32,000 nt of DNA, from contig JBHLKY010000005.1 of assembly GCA_048886185.1 (NCBI GenBank), positions 138,358 through 170,357 on the forward strand, in the 5' to 3' direction. This DNA is from Candidatus Hermodarchaeota archaeon. GTDB taxonomy: Archaea; Asgardarchaeota; Heimdallarchaeia; Hodarchaeales; Hodarchaeaceae. The translations under genes were made by a program, and so were the position numbers. Positions 1-8,388 of the stretch are shown here, piece after piece. The notes under the pieces were generated by a model. That model had not been told where the DNA came from. It searched no databases and saw only the letters and a list, made by a program, of their open reading frames with translations. How positions within the stretch are numbered: position 1 is the first letter of the stretch; every line of letters starts with the position of its first letter.

Positions 1-952
1 ATACATTTTGAGCTGCATATGTTATCACAAAAAACCAGTCAGCTACCCATCTTGTTGAACCAGAAACATCATTAAGAATGATAATTTCAGGATCCTGAAT
101 TCTTTTTTGTCTTTGAACAAGATCAAGAGGGGTTCCATTATTGGCTAAGTTTTTACGAAACGTTCGCCGAAAATCAAGTTTTCCAGACTTGGCAAGTTTC
201 CGACGACGTTTTTCCCGAGAAGCTAAAATACGCCCAATCTCTATAAGCTGCTCTTTTACATTTGAGACTGCTATAGATAGATAGGATAAATCATTGTAGA
301 GAAAGGAGTCTATTGAAGAGATATCTGCTGGTCTTTCCTGTTGAAGATGTTCTAACTTATTGGAATCTTCTCTGAATTGTTCTTGAAATCGTTTAGTCAT
401 AGCTTGATCAAACATTTGAAGATTTATTCCTAGTTGTATAGTTTCTTCTGGTAACTCTAGACGTTGATTTTGTGGTAAATCACGAATAGGTACTCTAATT
501 CCAAAAGCTAAACGAAAAGCTCGTTGTAAATCAGCTTGTAAACTAATAAACCCAGCTACTGGTGATTGACTTGATGATGAATCTGCCCCTCTGCTATTTA
601 GTATTTCTACTCGTTGAACTGCTTGATCAATTTCACTTTCTAGTAACATTTGGCCAATCTCTTGGTGATCTGGATCCTCTAATCGTTCAATAAATCTTTT
701 TTTAGCTCGTTCATAAGCTTGTTTCTCTCGATTTATAATGGGCTGCCGTTTAAAGAAAGAATTGAACGCTATATCAAAAATGTGGATATCTTCACGTTTT
801 CTCACAATAGAGGCTCTCAAACCAAATTGTAATGCCTCTTTTTCTCGAGTCCCAATAATTTGATAAGCTTTTTGAGCTGTGATGGTTTCATCTGGGGCAA
901 CAGGCATTCCAAGATATCGTAATAAAGCAACAAAATCTAGAATGACTCCCAT
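1..952 (-). CDS. CoxE-like VWA domain protein (3' end runs off the window; absent from the ORF track)
   Basis: Hand translation from ATG 952 stays open to the window edge: MGVILDFVALLRYLGMPVAPDET...GKLDFRRTFRKNL...IIILNDVSGSTRW. It has a MIDAS DxSxS motif and CoxE-type LDxRRT segment, a GGGAG RBS-like element upstream, and lies 14 nt downstream of the MoxR gene. Confidence 0.88.
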   Translation of the reverse strand, partial: MGVILDFVALLRYLGMPVAPDETITAQKAYQIIGTREKEALQFGLRASIVRKREDIHIFDIAFNSFFKRQPIINREKQAYERAKKRFIERLEDPDHQEIGQMLLESEIDQAVQRVEILNSRGADSSSSQSPVAGFISLQADLQRAFRLAFGIRVPIRDLPQNQRLELPEETIQLGINLQMFDQAMTKRFQEQFREDSNKLEHLQQERPADISSIDSFLYNDLSYLSIAVSNVKEQLIEIGRILASREKRRRKLAKSGKLDFRRTFRKNLANNGTPLDLVQRQKRIQDPEIIILNDVSGSTRWVADWFFVITYAAQNV

Positions 953-966
953 TAACGTGATTCTCC

Positions 967-1842
967 CTACTTAGTGCCTAATCGTATGATTTCCTTCAGC
1001 TGACTTTCTAATCGATTGATATCTTCTTGATACTTCAAGAGGACAGTTATGGTTTCTTTCAAGGCGGATTCATCAATGTGTTCCTTACCTAAGAGTACAA
1101 GTGCTTTAGCCCAATCTATCGTTTCTGCAATTGATGGAACTTTACGTAAATCATATTGTCTAATCTGATTGACAATTCCTGCAATACTTGAAATAAGCGG
1201 GTCATCAAAGTTTCTTCCTGTATGAGCTGCAAGAATTTGGCGCTCGCGTTCAAGGGTAGGGAAGTCAATATATAAGAAAAGACACCGTCGTCGAAGCGGT
1301 TCACTTAAATCACGACTAGAATTACTAGTTAGAACAACAACACGTTTCTCATTGCTTGAATAAAATGTACCTAATTCTGGAATTGTAATCTGGCGTTCCC
1401 CAAGCGCTTCTAATAAAAAAGCTTCAAACTCTTCATCAGATTTATCGATTTCGTCTATCAACAAGACGTTCGGATCATTTTCGATAAAAGAAAGGAATAA
1501 CGGTCTTTTAATAAAGAACTTCTTTGAGAAAATATCTTCTAAATCCATTGGAGCTTTTGAAGAGGATTTTTGCCTTTCTAACTCAATTTGTAACAGTTGA
1601 CGCTTGTAATCAAATTCTCCAATAACACTTTCAAATGTAATTCCCTCATAACACTGAATACGATATAATTTCCAATCTAGCGCTTTTGCCATAGAAATAG
1701 CAACACTAGTTTTTCCTGTTCCTGCAGGCCCTTCTATTAAAATAGGACGGTTTAACTTTAAAGCCAGATCAAGTGTAATATCAATCTCAGGGTTAGAAAT
1801 ATACTTCTGAGCAGCCAGATCAATGTTAGATAAAGATGTCAT
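967..1842 (-). CDS. MoxR/CoxD-family AAA+ ATPase
   Basis: Walker A GPAGTGKT, RIQCYEG motif, Walker B LLIDEIDK, TSN sensor, LRRRC arginine finger, PSIAETIDW; paired with the VWA gene. Confidence 0.92.
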   Translation of the reverse strand: MTSLSNIDLAAQKYISNPEIDITLDLALKLNRPILIEGPAGTGKTSVAISMAKALDWKLYRIQCYEGITFESVIGEFDYKRQLLQIELERQKSSSKAPMDLEDIFSKKFFIKRPLFLSFIENDPNVLLIDEIDKSDEEFEAFLLEALGERQITIPELGTFYSSNEKRVVVLTSNSSRDLSEPLRRRCLFLYIDFPTLERERQILAAHTGRNFDDPLISSIAGIVNQIRQYDLRKVPSIAETIDWAKALVLLGKEHIDESALKETITVLLKYQEDINRLESQLKEIIRLGTK

Positions 1843-1944
1843 TAACCGTTACTCCGAGTATACAAACTCTAAATAAGAAAAAATAAGATTTACTGAAATA
1901 TTCCTTAAAAAAGAATATTAAGGTATTCCTAAAAATTATATATT

Positions 1945-2415
1945 ATGGATATTAACAACGCAATTAATGACCTTCTAGTTAAATTCGTCCAATCAGCCGC
2001 AGGTATAAAGCAGATAATGCTTTCTGATGCAACTGGATTAGTAATTTCAAAAGTAACCAAGGATGTAAATCATTCAGATTTTGAAGGATTCGCTTCAATT
2101 TCTACCGCGCTTTATCTTGGCATGTCTGAACTAAAACTAGGCCCACTGGGATTCAGCCTCGCAGACTTCCCTGAGAATAATCTTTTGTTGTTTGGAGTAA
2201 CGAAGGAGCACGTATTAATAGTTATAACTTATAAGAATATATCGATCAACAAGTTAAAGACATCTCTAAGGGTGTTAAGTGAAAAGATTTCCCAACAGTT
2301 AGATCTTTGGAAAACAGCCGAAAATATCGAAATGAAACAGCAGGAAGTTATCGAAAAATCAGTTGGGCTATCAAAAGAGGAATTTAATCAATTATTAGAT
2401 GAATTGTCATTTTAA
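1945..2415 (+). CDS. Roadblock/LC7 domain protein
   Basis: GIKQIMLSDATGLVIS and later helix/beta pattern typical of Roadblock/LC7, plus a C-terminal helical tail ending EEFNQLLDELSF. Confidence 0.8.
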   Translation: MDINNAINDLLVKFVQSAAGIKQIMLSDATGLVISKVTKDVNHSDFEGFASISTALYLGMSELKLGPLGFSLADFPENNLLLFGVTKEHVLIVITYKNISINKLKTSLRVLSEKISQQLDLWKTAENIEMKQQEVIEKSVGLSKEEFNQLLDELSF

Positions 2416-2500
2416 TATGTACCACTCTGAAATATTTCCTGTAACTTTTAAAATAAATAAAGGTTTATCAATAATCTTTACCTCTTTTGCTTTTGATAAT

Positions 2501-3100
2501 TTACACAGATAGATGATCTTTTAGAATTTTCTTAGCCTGTTTAAAAACTTCTTTTTCGCTTCCGCTAAGAGTGAATACGGGGACATCATAGAGATTCTGA
2601 AACTTTATTAATATTTGAGAAATACTCTCATGCATCTCATTTCTCCATTCAGGATCAATAGACCTAAAATTATCATCTTCAATTTCTTCTATCTCGAAAG
2701 GTTGAATAAAGAAGAAAAGACTATAACTTTGAGAATAATCGAAAATCTCTTGCTCTTTTTGTTTGATCACATTTTCTTCTAAGTTACTTTTAACCGCTGC
2801 TCTTTTCCAGTAAACAAAATTATCGATTACTCCTCGATCGGTTATAATAACATGATGTCTGGGTTTAAGTTCCATCTCTTTCTGTATTTGATGATCTAAT
2901 ATCCAATCCTGAGCTTCAACAGAAGCATCTTCGTTAATAGGATCAGGACAATCTCGAGCAACTTCTCCTATCATACCAACGTTAATTCCATTGGTTCTTA
3001 GATAATTAGATAGTTTCGTGGAAAGTTGGGTCTTACCAACACATTGTGCACCAATAATCGCAATGGTCTCTGAAACCTGCGAGTTTTTTTTCATTTTCAT
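2501..3100 (-). CDS. P-loop nucleotide kinase-like protein (AAA_28/NadR-type)
   Basis: IAIIGAQCVGKT P-loop, EVAR after strand 2, ITDRGVIDNFVY, DDNFR lid segment. Confidence 0.75.
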   Translation of the reverse strand: MKMKKNSQVSETIAIIGAQCVGKTQLSTKLSNYLRTNGINVGMIGEVARDCPDPINEDASVEAQDWILDHQIQKEMELKPRHHVIITDRGVIDNFVYWKRAAVKSNLEENVIKQKEQEIFDYSQSYSLFFFIQPFEIEEIEDDNFRSIDPEWRNEMHESISQILIKFQNLYDVPVFTLSGSEKEVFKQAKKILKDHLSV

Positions 3101-3377
3101 TCATTTACTGTCTTTTAGACTGACTAGAATAGAGTTAAGCCATTTGTAGAAAAAATAGTAGACCCAAAAAAATGTTTCGTTGTTTACTTTCCTGTCGTCA
3201 AACGGTAATTGTACTCAAAAAATGTTAAACAGAATTAAAAACTAAAGAAAAATTTTAATTACATTTATTCTCCTCCTCTAGCTATTCCTGTATCTACAAA
3301 GAACAGAATGTCTCCTACATCATGAATTTTTCCCCAAACAAAAATGAAATGTACTCTAATAATGGAAATTGAATCGC

Positions 3378-4517
3378 TTAGGAATCTGGAATTAAATACT
3401 GGTGCAATTTTATTAGACCTAAAATTTCTCCACACGACTCCTCATTAATTACATGGTAATTACTTTGATTGTACCAACAAACGACTTTTTCCTGACCATT
3501 GAACTTTAATACTGAGGATTTTAAGAGCCCTTTCACTCCTTTTGCGTTTTTCTTACAAAAGCCACATTCACTGCAGCTTCGTGCAGTATTAAATAATAGT
3601 CTTTGAACAGGAATAGGTGCCATATGCGATATTGATGTAATCCTATTCATGGCAACAAATTTCACTGTCATCCTCACAGTATTCAGATAAATGGCATCAT
3701 AAATTAGAACAAATAAAGGTGTAGTCTTGATTTTATTGTTAGTATAATTAATTTCCAAGGTAGTATCATTATCAAGTCTTAATCCACATTTAAAACCACT
3801 AGTACAGAGAAATGAATGAATTATTTCATAGTTAGCATATTCTGACTCTGTAAACAGTCTTAAAATTAGCTCGTCAACTTCAAATTTATATCCTGAATTT
3901 ATAATTCGAAGATCACACCTTCTAAAAAAATAATGGTTTAGTTTACCAGTTTTTTCAGAGATCTTAGCAAACTGAGTCAATAATAGAATCAATTTGCTGT
4001 TTTCATCTGCTTTAATCACTGTAGAGGATTCTCCATGTTCGATATGTAACCCTAAATATCCCACAAAATCTAAAATTTTAGCTTTTATCCTTTTTTGCGT
4101 TTTCATGAATTTTAAATAATCATTTGTCGGGATTACGAGATTATTATTACTAACTTCTCCCTGAAGACTCGCAGTATAGAGAAAATCTAAAAAGTCAGCT
4201 ATAGGTTTTCTTACTTTTCCAAGGGCTTTGTTTAATTCTTTATTTTTACTTCTTTGTTCTTCATCTTTCAGTTGTATTGGTAATAAATCAGGGAATCCAA
4301 TCGAATTGTTATACCCCCCTTGATATAACTTGTTAAAAAAAGTCCATAATTCCTTAAACTCCTCATTATTGTTATTGTCATTATCATAATCAGAAAATAA
4401 CTGCAAGAAGAAGGAGAAGATCTGCTCTGAAAAGGTAGAAGGAGCGATTTCTCTGTAATTCATTATTTTCACTTCAGTAGATAGGCTATTTAAATATCTA
4501 GGATGAATATTTACCAT
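3378..4517 (-). CDS. Hypothetical protein with C-terminal CxxCxxC...C cluster
   Basis: 379-aa ORF; only recognisable motif is RSCSECGFCKK...VVCW. Confidence 0.6.
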   Translation of the reverse strand: MVNIHPRYLNSLSTEVKIMNYREIAPSTFSEQIFSFFLQLFSDYDNDNNNNEEFKELWTFFNKLYQGGYNNSIGFPDLLPIQLKDEEQRSKNKELNKALGKVRKPIADFLDFLYTASLQGEVSNNNLVIPTNDYLKFMKTQKRIKAKILDFVGYLGLHIEHGESSTVIKADENSKLILLLTQFAKISEKTGKLNHYFFRRCDLRIINSGYKFEVDELILRLFTESEYANYEIIHSFLCTSGFKCGLRLDNDTTLEINYTNNKIKTTPLFVLIYDAIYLNTVRMTVKFVAMNRITSISHMAPIPVQRLLFNTARSCSECGFCKKNAKGVKGLLKSSVLKFNGQEKVVCWYNQSNYHVINEESCGEILGLIKLHQYLIPDS

Positions 4518-4715
4518 GTTTAGATTTTCAAACTGGAAACTCGTTCAAAATGCTTTATATTTCTCGTTAAGATGTCCGTTTTGGCTTTAAGATAATTAAG
4601 TAATTAAAGAGTCTTTCAAACTAATTTCATTCCCTTATTTTTAAATTTTGAAGTATGTATGTAGATCTATCTGCTGAGAGCCCTAGGAAATGCTCTATTA
4701 AGAATATTTGAGCAT

Positions 4716-5297
4716 TTATTTCAGTTTCCTTCCGATTTTCCAAGCATGATTCATCACATCTTCCTTCTTATCTACAGTATCATCTTCAGTTAGACCAATA
4801 TGGGGCACAACCAAGCGTTCTATTACTGGAATGTCTAAAACTTTCATCACTACATTTATGGGTTCAATGGTTTCTTGAAATAAGTTGGTACATCCTTGAA
4901 CAATAATAATAGCTTTTTTGCCCCTAGGTACCCTAGAATGCATGGTTACTTGTCGTTGATCATCAACCTCGTAAATTAATTGACTTGTACAAAAGCGATC
5001 GAGCCAATTTTTCATATACCCGGTTACTGAGCGATTAATAGAGGGAGTGGCTACAATGAGTAAATCTGATTTAAAAACTTGTTCAAGATGCTCCTGAAAC
5101 CCATCATCAATGGAACAAACTCCTGTATCGTAACATTCACGGCACCAATTACAATAATCTAAGTGAAGATCAATCAAATGTACTATTTCACAGTGATGGC
5201 TCTGTTGGCGAGCACCTCGGAAAATTTCATTAATGAGTTTAACGGTATTCCCATTTTTATGAGGACTACCATTGATTGCTAAGATTTTCATACACAA
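4716..5297 (-). CDS. Iron-sulfur flavoprotein / NADPH-dependent FMN reductase (flavodoxin-like)
   Basis: KILAINGSPHKNGNT FMN loop, CNWCREC...C Fe-S motif, ATPS, MKNWLDR. Confidence 0.88.
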   Translation of the reverse strand: MCMKILAINGSPHKNGNTVKLINEIFRGARQQSHHCEIVHLIDLHLDYCNWCRECYDTGVCSIDDGFQEHLEQVFKSDLLIVATPSINRSVTGYMKNWLDRFCTSQLIYEVDDQRQVTMHSRVPRGKKAIIIVQGCTNLFQETIEPINVVMKVLDIPVIERLVVPHIGLTEDDTVDKKEDVMNHAWKIGRKLK

Positions 5298-5425
5298 AAC
5301 CCTTCAGAAAGGAAAAAAAGGATTTTTGGCTCTAGACAAATAAACGATTAAAAGATTTTATTACATTTAAAATAAAAGAATACGGTTTTTTAAATTGCCA
5401 TAAAAAGCTGGTTTAGGTTAAAAAA

Positions 5426-5445
5426 TATATACTAGGGTATATACC
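5426..5445. promoter_or_regulatory. Inverted repeat TATATAC-tagg-GTATATA overlapping the palindrome GGTATATACC, between the divergent flavoprotein genes
   Basis: Read directly from the sequence; function as an operator is inferred. Confidence 0.3.
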
Positions 5446-5591
5446 GAACCCTGAAACAGTGTTGGACACTCAAAGAACTCAAGATTGGATATTAACGCTA
5501 GAAAATTTCTTTATCCAACATTATACATATAAATGACTTCATGTTTAAAGTCATAATTTTCGAAAAGTCCTTAACTACTCCCTAGAATCAC

Positions 5592-6332
5592 TTGATGTGT
5601 CTGATTGTCCAAAGAAAAAAAGAAGGATATCCCGTGAGAATTGATATTCCTGCTATTCCTCCTAAAGAAGTGAATTTTCCTGATTATATTGGCTGGTATT
5701 ATAGTAATATTTTACTTCCTTATCCGCTTTATATCATTACTACTATTGATGAGAAAGGGATCCCGAACGCTCAACCAAACTCTTGGGGATTACCTTTCGG
5801 TGATGAATATGCTCAATTCTTTCTCTTTTATGATTGGACATCTCACCATACAGCCCAGAATATAGCTTCAACTAAAGAGTTTGTCATAAACATTCCTTCA
5901 GAAAAGCAGGTTCCCCAAGTCATGAACACAGTAAAGAAATACCCTAGGGGGGTTGATGAAATTCGCGCATCTGGATTAACTGCAATTCCCTCAAAAGTAG
6001 TGAATGTACCAAGAGTGAAAGAATGTATTGCTTATTTTGAATGTAAAGTACGTTGGTATAAGGAAAGCCACCATCGTGGAGAGAATGATGCTGGAATAAT
6101 CGTTTTGGGGGAAATAGTAGCTGCTTCAGCAGAAGAAGATGTCCTATATGGTAATTCATTTGATAAAATACTAAAGATGAAAACTGTGTATATTTTATCT
6201 AGGAATGTGGATTTGGAAAAGAAGAGAATTACAAACCTTATGACCTATGGAACAATAGATAAGCTTAAAGATTTCCATAAACTAGAACAAGGATTCATAG
6301 AGTATATCAAATTAGCTGAAGACAGCGAATAA
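5592..6332 (+). CDS. Flavin reductase family protein (DIM6/NTAB-like); true start may be GTG 5634
   Basis: PYPLYIITT, PNAQPNSW, HTAQNIASTKEFVINIP, PSKVVNVPRVKECIAYFECKV. Confidence 0.85.
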   Translation: MMCLIVQRKKEGYPVRIDIPAIPPKEVNFPDYIGWYYSNILLPYPLYIITTIDEKGIPNAQPNSWGLPFGDEYAQFFLFYDWTSHHTAQNIASTKEFVINIPSEKQVPQVMNTVKKYPRGVDEIRASGLTAIPSKVVNVPRVKECIAYFECKVRWYKESHHRGENDAGIIVLGEIVAASAEEDVLYGNSFDKILKMKTVYILSRNVDLEKKRITNLMTYGTIDKLKDFHKLEQGFIEYIKLAEDSE

Positions 6333-6425
6333 AGTGGATCCAATAACTTGAAACAACCAGAGAAAAAGATTCTGCGAGCACTGCTCATTAAACTCTTATC
6401 AAGTTTAGTTAAATTTTCTGATGGC

Positions 6426-7676
6426 TCATCTTGCTTGAGCTAATTTGATAGCTAAAGAAAATGTAAGATAAATATTTAATCGTTTTGCTTCTAATCTAAG
6501 ATATTTTAGTTTTTCAGGTGAAGGATAAGACCTACTTTTGATTTTAATTCTAAATATTGCTGTTAACGAGTTCTCTTTCTTATCGTGTAATGGAGAACTC
6601 CTTAAATGAGCTTTATACATCTTTTCAAGAGTTTGGTTAATGTTTTCGTCCAAATCAGTTATCGAAAGATCCCAGATAAGATACATCATATTAACAGCAG
6701 GCAGTTGATGAAATTCATAGGTGTTATTCTGAATTTCATTATCTGGGAATCGCAGGTGACCGATAATATATCCCTTTGGCTCGTTCCTTTCAGCAAAACT
6801 TACACGTTCAACTGATCCTGGATAAATAATTAATGGATTCTGAAAAACAGATGAGTTTAAACCGTTCTCATCACTAAAATACCATGATTGATGGTTGTCT
6901 TTTTGTTCTGCTAAAAAAAATTTGCTAGTAGATTGAGTTGGATTTAGTCTTGTCTTGTACAAAAGCTGAAAACGATGGACATGGCCACAAGCAATATAAT
7001 GGAATTTTTTGGGGATCTGTAGAAATGAGACTATATTAGCACCTCTGCGAAAGATAAAATTCTCAATACAAGATCCCTCAATTAACTGATGGATAACTAA
7101 AATTTGATAATCAGCTTTTTTTGCAAAGTCTCCAGAACTCTTTTGTGATGCTTTCTTTATTAGAGTCTTGAATTTTCTCTTTATATTTTCCCTGATGTAT
7201 GGAAAACCCATTAATTTAATCGAAATACCATTTTTTTTGAAAAAAAAAGAGCAGGGTTTCGAAAACAAGTTAATATTGTCAGAAAATGGAAGGAGACCAA
7301 AGGGAAGCTTACTTCTCTCATGATTTCCAGGTAAAACGAAAATTGGAATCCCTTCCCTTGTTGCAAGCTGAAAGGATTGGACTCCACGATCCACGATTTC
7401 AGGAGGAGGGTTACTACGATTAAAGAAGTCTCCTGAATGAATTATAAAATCTACTTGATGTCTTGATATTGATTTATTTATGAGATCATTTACTTTTTGA
7501 AAGAATAATTCTCCATAGGCACGCCGATTCAAATTCTTTGGATGTAACGCAAAATGAACCCCAAAGTGGGTATCACTTAGATGTAAAAATCTAACTGAAT
7601 TCTTATCATTATTCACTTGCATTGAGACCGCCTCTATAACGATCCTAATGTTTAATATTTTAGAATTTGAGAACAT
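6426..7676 (-). CDS. Mre11/SbcD-like metallophosphoesterase (nuclease); likely start ATG 7622
   Basis: All five phosphoesterase motifs present: HLSDTH, HSGDFF, PGNHE, IHQ, CGHVH; also YPGSVERVSFAE. Confidence 0.85.
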   Translation of the reverse strand: MFSNSKILNIRIVIEAVSMQVNNDKNSVRFLHLSDTHFGVHFALHPKNLNRRAYGELFFQKVNDLINKSISRHQVDFIIHSGDFFNRSNPPPEIVDRGVQSFQLATREGIPIFVLPGNHERSKLPFGLLPFSDNINLFSKPCSFFFKKNGISIKLMGFPYIRENIKRKFKTLIKKASQKSSGDFAKKADYQILVIHQLIEGSCIENFIFRRGANIVSFLQIPKKFHYIACGHVHRFQLLYKTRLNPTQSTSKFFLAEQKDNHQSWYFSDENGLNSSVFQNPLIIYPGSVERVSFAERNEPKGYIIGHLRFPDNEIQNNTYEFHQLPAVNMMYLIWDLSITDLDENINQTLEKMYKAHLRSSPLHDKKENSLTAIFRIKIKSRSYPSPEKLKYLRLEAKRLNIYLTFSLAIKLAQAR

Positions 7677-7875
7677 AAGACTGTTCGGAACACTGAAATC
7701 AAAATACTAATTTTCCCCAAATACTTAAAATGATTAATTTTCAATTGAGAGTAGCATTTTGAGTTGATTTATTTTGAGAGTAGTAGAGATTTGATGATTA
7801 AAGACTAATCCATTCTTGAGGAAGAATGTTTAAGAAAAGAATGCTAATTCAATAAAGATAAAACGAATAAATGAA

Positions 7876-8253
7876 GTGAATGAAAAAATGGCTGGAATAG
7901 TATTTCTTAAAACAACTAATATAGAGAGAATAACAGAATATTATACCACAATAATTGGAGCAACCATTTGGCTAGATCAAAAAGATTGTGTCATCCTTAA
8001 ACATGATAATTTCCTATTTGGGTTCTGTGAAAGAGGAGAAATTAATACTGGATGGTTATTAACGTTTTTTTTTAAAACAAAAACCGAAGTTGATGAGATA
8101 TATGAAAAAATAAAGAATTTTTCCACCACAAAACCAGTTCAAAACAGTAGATATCAGATTTACCAATTTTTTGCCAAGGATCCTGAAGGAAGAAATTTAG
8201 AGTTCCAATCATTTCTCCATGAAATTAATTTTAATTGGAATTCTTTCCATTGA
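7876..8253 (+). CDS. VOC/glyoxalase family protein
   Basis: beta-alpha-beta pattern, C-terminal YQFFAKDPEGRNLEFQ. Confidence 0.85.
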   Translation: MNEKMAGIVFLKTTNIERITEYYTTIIGATIWLDQKDCVILKHDNFLFGFCERGEINTGWLLTFFFKTKTEVDEIYEKIKNFSTTKPVQNSRYQIYQFFAKDPEGRNLEFQSFLHEINFNWNSFH

Positions 8254-8388
8254 GATAACCACCTGCAGCTCTTAACTCATTTTCTTCTAATTAAATTGAG
8301 GCACCTATAAAATTTATAAACCCGAGGCGCCAAGAAACAATTAGAAAAAGGCAAAAAAGATTCTAAATGTCATTTGCCCCGAATTTCG

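Noticed and set aside
3264-3372. Short open frame (ISIIRVHFIFVWGKIHDVGD...) downstream of the 379-aa gene
   Set aside because: No start codon, about 35 codons, no recognisable family.
4360-4392. Low-complexity trinucleotide-like run encoding DYDNDNNNNEE
   Set aside because: Short imperfect coding repeat with no sign of function.
7671-7692. Palindrome TGTTC-G-GAACA and GAAC-N8-GTTC upstream of the Mre11-like gene as a possible SOS-type box
   Set aside because: No convincing second copy upstream of the PolB2 cassette, DUF72 or the helicase; spacing does not match the GAAC-N4-GTTC box.
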